A stretch of DNA of 64,000 nucleotides from contig JAGXBC010000001.1 in the NCBI GenBank assembly GCA_018971305.1, forward strand, positions 173,956-237,955. The letters are read 5' to 3'. Shown here piece by piece: positions 35,775-44,877 of the stretch. The notes beneath the pieces were generated by a model that saw only the letters and a program-made list of their open reading frames with translations, was not told the origin of the DNA and ran no database searches. How positions within the stretch are numbered: position 1 is the stretch's first letter; the number at the start of each line of letters is the position of its first letter. This stretch comes from Patescibacteria group bacterium (GTDB taxonomy: Bacteria > Patescibacteriota > Minisyncoccia > UBA6257 > 2-01-FULL-56-20). Made by a program: the position numbers and the translations under genes.

Positions 35775-37475
35775 CTATATTCTGTCAATAGCAGTGATTC
35801 CCAATAAATTCAGCCCTTTTTCTATGATTTTCGCCGTTATATTAATAAGCCCAAGAAGCGCGCTCCGCCGACTGGCGGATTCTTCTTTGAGTACCGGCGT
35901 GGTTTCGTATAAACGGTTAGCCAACACGGCCAGCTTATAAAGATAGTTAGCTAGGTTGCTCGTCTGCAGTGTTTCCCCACTTCGCGCCACTTCGTCGGGA
36001 AATTCAAAAATTTTCCGAGCGAGCGCAAGTTCAACATCAGAATTTAATAATGTAAAGTTCTTGCTTTTAGGTTTTAGAGCTTGGGACTTTCTTAAAATAC
36101 TCTTAAGGCGGGCATACGTGTACTGCAAATACGGCCCGCTGTCTCCGGAAAAATCCAGCATTCTTTTCCAGTCAAAAACGATGTCGGTTGTGCGTCCCTC
36201 CCGCAAATCATTGTATTTCAAGGCTCCAACGGCAACCGCCTCAGCGATTTTATCTTTTTCTTTAGCCGATAATTCTTTATTTTTTTCTTCAACAATCTCC
36301 CTCGCCAGCTTGATAGCCTTACCTAAAACCTCTTTAAGTAATATGGTCCTCCCTTCGCGTGTAGCGAGCTTTTGGCCGCTCTCCCCTAGAACCAAACCGT
36401 ATTTAACGTGCTTGAGTTCAACCCCATCGGCCAATCCAAGAATATTAGTTATGGCGAAAAGCTGTTCAAAGTGCAGAGATTGTTCGTTGCCCACAACATA
36501 TAAAATTTTCTCCGGCTTATATTTTTTGACACGGTATTCAATATTCGCAATATCGCGCGTAAGGTAAAGGGATGCTCCATCCGCTTTTTCTATTAACGCC
36601 GGAGGCAGATTGAACTTATCTAGTTTTATAACTATCGCGCCCTCGCTTTTTACGGCGACGCCGTCTTGCACAAGGCGCGAAACAAGCGGCTTCATATCTT
36701 TCTCAAAAAAGCTTTCGCCTTTCCATTCGTCGAACTCTACACCGAGCTCTTTATATGTTCTCTCGAATTCTTTAAGCGATTCTTTTTTAAACCATTGCCA
36801 AAGCTTGCGGTTTTCCTTATCGCCTTCTTCTAATTTTTTGAATTCTTCCTGGCCCTCCAGCTCCAATCCCGGGCGGGACTTCATCTCGTCGTGAAAGCGG
36901 ACGTAGAGCTTCTGCAATTCCTCTATTGGTTTTTCTTCTATCTTTTTCTTATCGCCCCACATTTTATAGGCGGCGATAAGTTTGCCGAACTGCGTCCCCC
37001 AGTCGCCCAAATAATTCCAGCGGATAACTTTATATCCCAGTGATTCAAAAACATTGGCAAGCGCCGCGCCGATTATCGTTGTCCGCAAATGGCCCACGTG
37101 CATCATCTTCGCGATATTCGGCTGAGAATATTCAACGATAACGGTTTTGCTTTTTCCAATACTTCTCTCGCCATATTTTTTTATATTCTTGGTAACCATG
37201 GCCAATTCGTTTTGCAGCGCTTCAGGTGAAAACCAAAAGTTTATAAATCCCGGCGCAGCGGCTTCAACTTTTTGGAAAAACCCAGCCGGCGCAGCGGCAC
37301 TAATTTTCTGCACCAATTCCCTGGCCAGTTCAAGAGGATTTTTCTTTTCCCGCTTAGCCAAAACCATAGCCAAGTTCGTGGAATAATGGCCGAAGTTTTC
37401 TTGTTCCGGAACTGTAACGCTAAAATCTCTGCCATCGGAAAACTCGGATAAAATTTTTATTATCTTATCTTTCAT
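35775..37475 (-). CDS. argS: Arginine--tRNA ligase
   Basis: The ORF is 35775..37502. The probable start is MKDKIIKIL. Contains SQPNIAKMMHVGHLRTTIIG (HIGH-type motif), the DALR anticodon-binding C-terminus and the terminal ...ITAIDRI. Confidence 0.95.
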   Translation of the reverse strand: MKDKIIKILSEFSDGRDFSVTVPEQENFGHYSTNLAMVLAKREKKNPLELARELVQKISAAAPAGFFQKVEAAAPGFINFWFSPEALQNELAMVTKNIKKYGERSIGKSKTVIVEYSQPNIAKMMHVGHLRTTIIGAALANVFESLGYKVIRWNYLGDWGTQFGKLIAAYKMWGDKKKIEEKPIEELQKLYVRFHDEMKSRPGLELEGQEEFKKLEEGDKENRKLWQWFKKESLKEFERTYKELGVEFDEWKGESFFEKDMKPLVSRLVQDGVAVKSEGAIVIKLDKFNLPPALIEKADGASLYLTRDIANIEYRVKKYKPEKILYVVGNEQSLHFEQLFAITNILGLADGVELKHVKYGLVLGESGQKLATREGRTILLKEVLGKAIKLAREIVEEKNKELSAKEKDKIAEAVAVGALKYNDLREGRTTDIVFDWKRMLDFSGDSGPYLQYTYARLKSILRKSQALKPKSKNFTLLNSDVELALARKIFEFPDEVARSGETLQTSNLANYLYKLAVLANRLYETTPVLKEESASRRSALLGLINITAKIIEKGLNLLGITAIDRI

Positions 37476-37557
37476 TACCATTAAGAATAATATAAAAAGC
37501 AATAATTGTCGCAGAAAACAAAAACCGCCGCTTTTATGCGACGGTGGATTCCCAAGG

Positions 37558-37794
37558 TCAGCGAAACTTCAAGCCGTATTTAAAAAGAAAGTCGTGCATA
37601 ACCAATACGCAAATCAGAGCGCTAACTAAACCGGCTGGACCAGATATTCCGACGAAAGCTGCTGAAATCTGGTGTTGAACCTTGCATTCCGTTGCCACTT
37701 GAGAAAATTTCCCCTGTAAATAGGCGAAATATCCTCCGTATACCAAAATCGCGCAAACAATCCATATCACAACAAATAAAACGGTCATATTCAC
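37558..37794 (-). CDS. Small two-TM membrane protein, unknown function
   Basis: 78-aa ORF with two hydrophobic helices. Confidence 0.45.
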   Translation of the reverse strand: MNMTVLFVVIWIVCAILVYGGYFAYLQGKFSQVATECKVQHQISAAFVGISGPAGLVSALICVLVMHDFLFKYGLKFR

Positions 37795-37866
37795 CTCTCA
37801 AACGTATTTCTGATGATCATACTACATCGCGTGCGACCACGGGTCAAACAGCTTATAATTTAATAA

Positions 37867-38310
37867 ATGAAAACAATCGCGGAAAACCGCCGGGCGCGGT
37901 TTGACTATGAAATATTGGAAACAATGGAAGCGGGCGTGGAGCTGCGCGGTTTTGAAGTTAAAAGCGCCAAAGCAGGAGGTTTTAATCTGGCTGGAAGCTA
38001 CGCTATTCTGAGAAACGGGCAGGCCTGGCTTATTAACTCTCAAATTCCACCATATCAGCCCAAAAACACTCCGGATGGCTATGATCCCTCCCGCTCTCGC
38101 CGCCTGCTCTTACACACATCGGAAATCATCTCCTTGGCAGGAAAACTTAAAGATAAATCGGTTCACCTGATTCCATTACGTACTTATATAAAAAATAATT
38201 TGGTAAAGATTGAACTCGGACTTGCGCGTTCACGAAAAAAATCCGACAAGAGGGAACTTATTAAAAAGCGCTCCGCAGAAAGAGAAATGATGCGGGCTAC
38301 CTCAAGGTAA
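37867..38310 (+). CDS. smpB: SsrA-binding protein SmpB
   Basis: 147 aa. Contains IAENRRARFDYEILETMEAGVELRGFEVKS and a basic C-terminal tail. Confidence 0.95.
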   Translation: MKTIAENRRARFDYEILETMEAGVELRGFEVKSAKAGGFNLAGSYAILRNGQAWLINSQIPPYQPKNTPDGYDPSRSRRLLLHTSEIISLAGKLKDKSVHLIPLRTYIKNNLVKIELGLARSRKKSDKRELIKKRSAEREMMRATSR

Positions 38311-38311
38311 A

Positions 38312-38839
38312 ATGATTATCGTCTTTACGGGTAACGGCAAGGGAAAAACCACGGCATCTCTCGGCCAAATGGTTCGGGTTTTGGGGCGTGGTAAAAAAGC
38401 GCTGATGATCCAATTTATCAAAGGCCCTTGGCGTTCTGGCGAGGATGAGTTCGCCGCCAAATTCCAGATTCCAGATTCAATATTCCATATAGAAAAAATG
38501 GGGCTCGGCTTCGTTGGAATCCTAGGGGATAAACTTCCGCGCGAAGAACACGAAAAAGCAGCTGAGAAAGCAATCGCACATTTCGAAGAGGAATCGCGCT
38601 CCGGCAAGTGGCATTTGATTATATTAGATGAAATTAATGTGGCGGTGTCTCTCGGGCTCTTGAGCGCCGCGCGTGTAGTTGAAGCCGTAAAAAATTATCC
38701 CGAAAACAGAATCTTAATGCTGACCGGCCGCAACGCTCCGCAGGAATTCCTCGACCTTGCGGACCTTGCCACGGAAATGCGGGAAATAAAACACCCCTTC
38801 CAAAGCGGCGAACGGGCGAAGTTTACGGTGGAATTTTAA
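38312..38839 (+). CDS. Cob(I)yrinic acid a,c-diamide adenosyltransferase-like (CobO/BtuR family)
   Basis: 175 aa. Contains VFTGNGKGKTTASLGQ, IQFIKG, LDEINVAV and LTGRNAP...IKHPF. Starts 1 nt after the smpB stop. Confidence 0.8.
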   Translation: MIIVFTGNGKGKTTASLGQMVRVLGRGKKALMIQFIKGPWRSGEDEFAAKFQIPDSIFHIEKMGLGFVGILGDKLPREEHEKAAEKAIAHFEEESRSGKWHLIILDEINVAVSLGLLSAARVVEAVKNYPENRILMLTGRNAPQEFLDLADLATEMREIKHPFQSGERAKFTVEF

Positions 38840-38910
38840 CGGGTGGCGAACCCCATACAAAAGAAAATGCCCGGGTTCTTTTCCGGGCTTTATGATTTTG
38901 CTCATAGAAA

Positions 38911-39057
38911 CTATTTCATCTTGGCCGACGTAGCAGCAGAACCGGCCTCGCGATTGACGACCTTAGCGCAACCATTGCAGAAGATCTTCTCTTGACCCTC
39001 AAGGCATTTACCACATTTGTGGCAAACCTTCTTTTGCGGCGACGCTTTCGTTTCCAT
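38911..39057 (-). CDS. Small Zn-ribbon-like Cys-rich protein (48 aa)
   Basis: Absent from the track (under 60 aa). Sequence METKASPQKKVCHKCGKCLEGQEKIFCNGCAKVVNREAGSAATSAKMK*. A strong RBS gggaggttctgATG precedes it. The Cys pattern is CxxCxxC...CxxC. Confidence 0.45.
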   Translation of the reverse strand: METKASPQKKVCHKCGKCLEGQEKIFCNGCAKVVNREAGSAATSAKMK

Positions 39058-39236
39058 CAGAACCTCCCTTCGCACTATGAGTTGGATACATCTTAATATA
39101 TATACGAGAAGAAGTCAATATTAGAAACGGTAGGCCAAAAACAAAGTTGTCATAAGATTAGAACAACGGTTTTGGTAAATACGATTTCTGCGTAAAAAAG
39201 GCTGCATATAGCCGCAGGGAGAAGATAAATAAAACA

Positions 39237-39644
39237 CTAACCACGTTGATGGATCACGTACTTTGCTGTAATCTTCTCACATTTCAGAACCTCTCCTACC
39301 ACGACAACGAATACACGCCTTTCGAAGTCCGTGAATTGTTTGATTCCCAACTCCGTTACGCCCTTGTAGTGGATGTCGAACGTAACTTCCCGACCAGAAC
39401 TGATAAACCTAATATCAGTGAATCTCTCCTCGGGAGATTGGTTATCCAAAACTCTGATCAGCCTTCTAAGCTCTACCGCATCAAGGTTATACGACCTGAA
39501 ACAATTACTGCATCCTTCCTCATGGTAGCGCAATGTTGCCCTTAATGGCTCATCGGGACAAACAGAGAACGTTAACCTACATCCTTCCTTTCGTAAAATA
39601 AATTCTGTGTTTGAATTAATTCCGCCGTTGCGATCAACTATCAT
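39237..39644 (-). CDS. Hypothetical protein
   Basis: 135-aa ORF with no recognisable family. Confidence 0.45.
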   Translation of the reverse strand: MIVDRNGGINSNTEFILRKEGCRLTFSVCPDEPLRATLRYHEEGCSNCFRSYNLDAVELRRLIRVLDNQSPEERFTDIRFISSGREVTFDIHYKGVTELGIKQFTDFERRVFVVVVGEVLKCEKITAKYVIHQRG

Positions 39645-39769
39645 TTTTCCCTCCGATATTCTTTTATGGCTATAATACTAATGCGAGTATAGTTGATATA
39701 TTTTAGAGCGTCAATTTGGATAACCCTAAGAAATTATCAATGGCGAGAATTTCCAATTATAATAAATGA

Positions 39770-40852
39770 ATGCGCGGAATTAATATTTTTAGCCGAGGTG
39801 AAGATTTCTACAATAGTATTGAGAGCGAAATGGCCCGGGCCGAGAAAGAAATCCTCATTAATGTTTACGCGTTCCAAAACGATTCGGTTGGAAAAAGATT
39901 TATTGAAATAATAAAGAGAAAATTAAGGAGTGGCATAACCGTAAGAGTGATAATTGACGGCTTGGGAACCAGGCGCAATGGAGACGAGATAGCGCGCGCG
40001 CTTGCAGGATACGGAGATGTCGTGCGCATATTCCGTCCGCGAGGCGGATATTTCTGGCACAATCCCAAAATGTCCTTGCGCCGCGACCATGCAAGAATAT
40101 TTTTGGTAGACAAAAAAATTCTCGGCGTAGGCGGCATATGCATCGGCGACATCTATAACGAACGGCAGGACATAGCCGCGCTCGTTTCCGCTGAAGATAC
40201 AAGTAGTGTCATTGATTATTTTGATTATCTCTGGATGCTTGCCGGCAATAAAAATGGCGACCCAGAAGCACTGGTACCAAAACAGCTTTCCTCTCCCTTC
40301 TCTCTCGCCCCCGAAGTTAAAGCGCTTATCTCGGGACCATTGGAAGCAGAACAGGCAATCTATAGATGGGCCCTAGAGCGGATAATTACCGCAGAAAGAC
40401 AAATCGTTATCGTATCGGCATGGTTTCTCCCAACCACAGAGCTCATTAAAGCTCTTTGCGATGCCAAGGAACGAGGGGTGGACATTTCTATTATCACCCC
40501 ATCCCACACAGACAAACGCTGGTACGACGAATTCCGCGGCGCGGCCATACCGAAGCTATTAAAAAAAGGAATACGCTGGTACGGTGCGCACGAATATTTC
40601 CATCAAAAATTCTTTTTCGTTGACGATGACTGGTGCTTGGGAAGCGCAAATTTTGATATGGTAAGCATGAACAGGAATTACGAACTCAACATCTGCGGCC
40701 ATGGCGGAGAGGTGCTCAAAGAACTCCAAAATAATTTCCAGGCGCTCGTTAAAAACAGCAGACCGATAGGATATACCAGAGTGAGCTTATTTGTAAAAAC
40801 AGTTAGAGTGTTTGCCTATCGGTTATTTGAGACGTTGATAGTAACGCGGTGA
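39770..40852 (+). CDS. Phospholipase D / cardiolipin-synthase-like protein (one canonical and one degenerate HKD motif)
   Basis: 360 aa. The C-terminal motif HQKFFFVDDDWCLGSANFD is a canonical HxKx4D...GSxN. The N-terminal equivalent is DHARIFLVDKKILGVGGICIG (HxR). Confidence 0.7.
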   Translation: MRGINIFSRGEDFYNSIESEMARAEKEILINVYAFQNDSVGKRFIEIIKRKLRSGITVRVIIDGLGTRRNGDEIARALAGYGDVVRIFRPRGGYFWHNPKMSLRRDHARIFLVDKKILGVGGICIGDIYNERQDIAALVSAEDTSSVIDYFDYLWMLAGNKNGDPEALVPKQLSSPFSLAPEVKALISGPLEAEQAIYRWALERIITAERQIVIVSAWFLPTTELIKALCDAKERGVDISIITPSHTDKRWYDEFRGAAIPKLLKKGIRWYGAHEYFHQKFFFVDDDWCLGSANFDMVSMNRNYELNICGHGGEVLKELQNNFQALVKNSRPIGYTRVSLFVKTVRVFAYRLFETLIVTR

Positions 40853-41051
40853 TGTGGAGCGTATCGGCCTGCCTGCCGGCTGGCAGGGACAACCGACAAA
40901 CTCTGGTACGTGGTATTTATGAGATGTTGATTAATACAGTATAAGTCTTATAAACCCATAGTATAGTAACGTTCATAGCGTGCGTGACGTTAATGAAAAA
41001 AATAAGCCCTGCTCCGATTCGGATAGATACAGGGCCATTGAATAACGATGG

Positions 41052-41546
41052 TTAATTACGAGGACGAAGAAGAACTGTTAGGGCTCGATAGTAATGGTTA
41101 TTACTACGGTCGGCGATGCCTTCGGCCAAAGCAACGTAATACGCCGACTTACCGTAGTAAGTTTCCGCCAAAATAATCATTAATGCTTCATCGAGTAACT
41201 CTGGGAACCCGGAGAAGGAGAAGATATGGTCGTTGGTTAATCTGATCGCTCCGCCCCACTGTCCTGCTTCGGGATTCCTGCTCTCATAGCTCGAACAGTA
41301 GATTAAGGGTCTCGATGCCAGTCGTTGCGCCTTTTCTTTACAAAGTTGCATATACTTCTCGGCCTTCTCGACTGCAACTTCACCGATTTGGGTTGGTTCG
41401 AAGAAGGGCTTACCGTTTCCGTCCGCAAGGCAGAAATATCCACCCCTTCGATTGCCCACTTCTTGGTTGTTTTTGAATAGGAAATTTACATCGCCGACGA
41501 GCGAAACCAAAGTGCCTCGCAGTTTCTCAAATTCATCCCTTAACAT
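41052..41546 (-). CDS. Hypothetical protein (weak GlcG/DUF336-like resemblance)
   Basis: The ORF is 41052..41588. I prefer the start MLRDEFEKL, which is preceded by a gaggagg RBS. WGGAIRL...FSFSGFPELLDEALM loosely resembles the GGxxI...GVSG...DE pattern of DUF336. Confidence 0.4.
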   Translation of the reverse strand: MLRDEFEKLRGTLVSLVGDVNFLFKNNQEVGNRRGGYFCLADGNGKPFFEPTQIGEVAVEKAEKYMQLCKEKAQRLASRPLIYCSSYESRNPEAGQWGGAIRLTNDHIFSFSGFPELLDEALMIILAETYYGKSAYYVALAEGIADRSNNHYYRALTVLLRPRN

Positions 41547-41700
41547 CGTTGTCCTCCTCATCGAACTGTGCTGCCGACATTTTACCACTTGACTACCAAC
41601 TAGTCAAGGATATGGTTCAATTCCAGTAATCTCTCCCTCTGTTTTTGACCATTTTTGCGATTTTGGGGAAACCGAAAATAAGTTAGGTAAATAAAGAACG

Positions 41701-41720
41701 AACTCCTATTTCTAGGAGTT
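41701..41720 (-). terminator. Terminator-like hairpin just 3' of tmRNA
   Basis: aactccta-tttc-taggagtt is a perfect 8-bp stem. The loop reads GAAA on the minus strand, and T-rich sequence follows. Confidence 0.5.
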
Positions 41721-41732
41721 CAATTCTGTGTC

Positions 41733-42049
41733 GGTGGAGATGGGCGGAATTGAACCGCCGTCTAAGGATTGCGCCGCTGAACCATCTACGAACGTATTTC
41801 AGTTAAGAACTGAACAAAAGCGATTCTAATTTTCGCTCCAATGCAGAATCATCCATCGGAACTACGCCTCCTTATATAAGACCGGTATTAACCTAAGAGG
41901 TCCAGATTAGCCGATCCTCCGGTGTTACGCGTAAGCGAATGCCGGAGCCGCAACTTTTGAGTTGGCAGTTATTGTTTTTTCGCGAGTTTAACGAGTCCGC
42001 CCTCGGTCCGCAAATTCAGAACGCATCCTTATCGAAGCCGATCATCCCC
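41733..42049 (-). ncRNA. ssrA: tmRNA (ssrA), about 317 nt, predicted tag ANSKVAAPAFAYA
   Basis: The 5' end GGGGATGATCGGCTTCGA pairs with the 3' end ...GGTTCAATTCCGCCCATCTCCACC, including a G3:U pair. The tag frame is ...aaaaaacaataact GCC AAC TCA AAA GTT GCG GCT CCG GCA TTC GCT TAC GCG TAA (41966..41925), which parallels the E. coli resume context. Confidence 0.85.
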
Positions 42050-42165
42050 GTATTCAATTTTCAATTAGATTATATCAATATTGTCAGAGAAAGTCAAGAA
42101 AGTCGGGCTTTGTTATAATGAATAAGACGCAATCGTAAAGGTCGTAATACTAAAAAATCATAGAA

Positions 42166-42384
42166 ATGGACAATTCAAATATGTCTTCCGGGAACGGAAT
42201 GGTTTGCCGCTGTCCGCACCACAAGATGGTTCCTCTTCTTGTGGTCCTCTTTGGACTCGCCTTCCTCCTTGAAGCTCTTGGCACATTGAGTGCGAGCTTC
42301 GTGAACATCGCCTGGCCGGTTCTCGTGATACTGGCTGGAGGTATGAAATTGATGAAAGGGATGTGCAAATGTTGCGCTAATTAA
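42166..42384 (+). CDS. Small two-TM protein with terminal Cys clusters (CRCPHH ... CKCC)
   Basis: 72-aa ORF followed by a strong terminator. Confidence 0.5.
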   Translation: MDNSNMSSGNGMVCRCPHHKMVPLLVVLFGLAFLLEALGTLSASFVNIAWPVLVILAGGMKLMKGMCKCCAN

Positions 42385-42393
42385 GGAATAAAC

Positions 42394-42424
42394 TCCCCCC
42401 GCCTACGGCGAGGGGGGATTTTTT
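42394..42424 (+). terminator. Rho-independent terminator
   Basis: tccccccgcc-tac-ggcgagggggga followed by tttttt. Confidence 0.75.
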
Positions 42425-42440
42425 ATTATTATTCCTAATT

Positions 42441-43010
42441 CTATTTGTCCTCAACTATTTTTTGCACATTCGCCCGCCGCAAAAGCTCTTCTTGTAATTT
42501 TTCGGCGACGTCTTTATCAAGTGCCGGCAGAATTCCTTCTGATTGCCCCGTGCCATCTTTGGCGTCTTCATGCCCGGCAGTAAGAATCACGAGTCGGCTC
42601 AAACCCCACAAGCGATAAGTTATGCTCCGCTCTATGGTTACATCCTGAATCTGGCGATAGGGAATGGCCACTTGCTCCTGGCTAAAAATTCCCCGTTTTA
42701 CCTTAAGCGAATCGACATCCAACATATATTTGTAAGTTACATAAAAAAGCCAGCTTATAAAGAAAGTCATGCCGGCAACCACTGCGAAAAGGCCCAGGCC
42801 GTAAAACCCTATTAACCTCAAATTAACCATATAACCAAAAACGTTTTTTATACCATCGCCGCCGGTTCCGCTTGCGAGAAGAACGAATATGGAGACCAGT
42901 AATATGACGAGCGACACAGTACTCTTCCCTGAAAGAAAAAGCCAAAGAGTTTTTTTGCCCAGATTTCTATATTGTCCTATCCCAAAAGCGACATCATTCT
43001 CGTTATCCAT
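42441..43010 (-). CDS. Membrane protein with bacterial PH (bPH_2 / YdbS-YdbT-like) domain
   Basis: 189 aa. Two TM helices followed by LKVKRGIFSQEQVAIPYRQIQDVTIERSITYRLWGLSRLVILTAG. Confidence 0.7.
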   Translation of the reverse strand: MDNENDVAFGIGQYRNLGKKTLWLFLSGKSTVSLVILLVSIFVLLASGTGGDGIKNVFGYMVNLRLIGFYGLGLFAVVAGMTFFISWLFYVTYKYMLDVDSLKVKRGIFSQEQVAIPYRQIQDVTIERSITYRLWGLSRLVILTAGHEDAKDGTGQSEGILPALDKDVAEKLQEELLRRANVQKIVEDK

Positions 43011-43118
43011 AAATTACATTATAACATCCGGCCTTAATCTCGTTTTGACAAAACCGGGGTGTTCGGCTTACAATGATAAGCGCGCAACGAAATAGGAACC
43101 TGTTAAAATAAACCCATA

Positions 43119-43622
43119 ATTAAACCCAAAATCAACAGCCAAATAACCGCCCCGGAATTAAGGGTGGTGGACGAGAAGGGCCAGAACTTAGGCGTTCTAA
43201 AACGCGAGGAGGCGCTTGCGCTCGTAAAACCCGGTAGCGGCGTAGATCTCATAGAAATAGCTCCGAGTGCCAAACCGCCCGTAGCTCGGCTTATGAGCTA
43301 CGACAAATACCGATACGAAAGGGAAAAGCAGGAAAAGAAAGAGCGTATGGCGCAAAAGACAAGTGGTCCGAAGCAGGTACAGATAAGCGCCCGGGCGGCT
43401 CAAAACGACCTATTAATAAAATCCCGCCAGGCAGATAAATTCCTAGGTGAAGAGCATCCAGTGGAAATTCAAATGCGTTTGCGGGGCCGGGAGAAATATA
43501 ACAAGGATTGGGCTCGACAAAAATTAAACGAATTTATGAAAATGATCACTGTGGAATATAGGGTGATAGGCGAACCAAAATTCGGAGGCCGAGGCATGAT
43601 GGCACAGATAACTAAAAAATAA
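43119..43622 (+). CDS. infC: Translation initiation factor IF-3 (probable AUU/AUA start)
   Basis: The track starts the ORF at GTG 43164. The frame is open from 43107, and the conserved N-terminus (KPKINSQITAPELRVVDEKG) lies upstream of that GTG. The only start candidates there are ATA 43116 and ATT 43119. Confidence 0.85.
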   Translation: MKPKINSQITAPELRVVDEKGQNLGVLKREEALALVKPGSGVDLIEIAPSAKPPVARLMSYDKYRYEREKQEKKERMAQKTSGPKQVQISARAAQNDLLIKSRQADKFLGEEHPVEIQMRLRGREKYNKDWARQKLNEFMKMITVEYRVIGEPKFGGRGMMAQITKK

Positions 43623-43630
43623 TTACGATA

Positions 43631-43798
43631 ATGAAAAAAAGCGTATCCAAAAGATTCAAGCTGACCAAAAACGGAAAACTCGTCAGACGGTCAATGTCCG
43701 TTAACCATTTTCGCACCAGAAAAAGCACGAAGAATGTCCGCCAAAAACGGCAAACACGGGGAATCGATTACCCTAATAAAAAAATAATGAACTACTAA
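43631..43798 (+). CDS. rpmI: 50S ribosomal protein L35
   Basis: Absent from the track (55 aa). Sequence MKKSVSKRFKLTKNGKLVRRSMSVNHFRTRKSTKNVRQKRQTRGIDYPNKKIMNY*. It lies between infC and rplT. Confidence 0.85.
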   Translation: MKKSVSKRFKLTKNGKLVRRSMSVNHFRTRKSTKNVRQKRQTRGIDYPNKKIMNY

Positions 43799-43802
43799 AT
43801 CC

Positions 43803-44147
43803 ATGCCAAGAGTTAAACGCGGAATAATAGCCCATAAAAGACGGGAGAAAGTTCTTAAATACACAAAAGGGTTCCGTTGGGGACGGAAATCAAAAGAGCG
43901 CGCCGCCAAGGAAGCCCTGCTTCACGCCTGGACACACTCCTTCCAGGGACGCAAAGAAAAAAAGCGTGTCTATCGCCAGCTTTGGAACGTCCAGATAAGC
44001 GCATCTTCCCGCGCCGAAGGCCTTAGTTACAGCAAGTTGATTGCCGCGCTAAAGAAAAAGAATGTCCGCCTAGACCGAAAGATTCTGGCCGAACTAGCCA
44101 AAAACGAACCTATTGTTTTTAAGAAAGTGGTTGAATTCGTAAAATAA
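43803..44147 (+). CDS. rplT: 50S ribosomal protein L20
   Basis: 114 aa, beginning MPRVKRGIIAHKRREKVLKYTKGFRWGRKS. Confidence 0.95.
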   Translation: MPRVKRGIIAHKRREKVLKYTKGFRWGRKSKERAAKEALLHAWTHSFQGRKEKKRVYRQLWNVQISASSRAEGLSYSKLIAALKKKNVRLDRKILAELAKNEPIVFKKVVEFVK

Positions 44148-44205
44148 TTATCGGTTTTCAGATAAAATAAATAAAAATCGCGCCGGGCAATAAGCTCTGC
44201 GCGTT

Positions 44206-44793
44206 TTATTTTGGCTTGGCGGATGGATCGTAAATCCCCACAGGCACAAACTTAGGCAGGATCTTCTTTATAACGAAAATAAATTTCTTCTGTTTTCTGA
44301 TTACGCTCCGCAATTCCCGAAGAGCTTCGTGTTCTTCCCGCGTTTTAGTTTTTTCTATTCCCTCAATGTTCGGGGTAACGATCACGAAGCATCCATACTT
44401 TGATTCGCATAAAAGGTCGCCGCCGCCGATACTAACAAAATTCTCCAGCCAATTATTCGGCGGAAGAACCGGATTGTCAGCTGTTCTTTGAAGCATCCTC
44501 ATTGTCGTTCCACATGATTCTCCTCTGAAGATATCCGAGTCCGTCAACTTGCGGAATATACGCAGTGCATTCCGATGTATTAAAAGGTTCCTTTGGGCAC
44601 AAAGATAGAAAATCAATTTATGAAAAGTTTCGTCGTCATCCACCAAAAAGGCGGCGGACTCTTCCTTAAATCGTTTTTCAAAATATATCTTAATGGAAAC
44701 CCAGTATATTAACGCTAAGATCGGTGCGCCAGCATATAAATAGATAAAACAGACAAGGGCAACGAAAACAAGGATCCAAATCCACCACGTCAT
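44206..44793 (-). CDS. Hypothetical membrane-anchored protein
   Basis: 195-aa ORF. N-terminal TM helices and an unrecognised globular C-terminal domain. Confidence 0.45.
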   Translation of the reverse strand: MTWWIWILVFVALVCFIYLYAGAPILALIYWVSIKIYFEKRFKEESAAFLVDDDETFHKLIFYLCAQRNLLIHRNALRIFRKLTDSDIFRGESCGTTMRMLQRTADNPVLPPNNWLENFVSIGGGDLLCESKYGCFVIVTPNIEGIEKTKTREEHEALRELRSVIRKQKKFIFVIKKILPKFVPVGIYDPSAKPK

Positions 44794-44877
44794 CTTCCTA
44801 CCCCCCCAATCAAAATTGCTATATTAAGGCTAACAATCCTTACAGTTTATGCAATTTTCGCCGATTAACTATCTTTC

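Noticed and set aside
38900-41733. A genomic island integrated at the 3' end of ssrA
   Set aside because: I found no integrase or recombinase gene, and no direct repeat of the tmRNA 3' end (ggaattgaaccgcc...) elsewhere in the window. The similar string at 52580 belongs to the tRNA-Arg T-arm.
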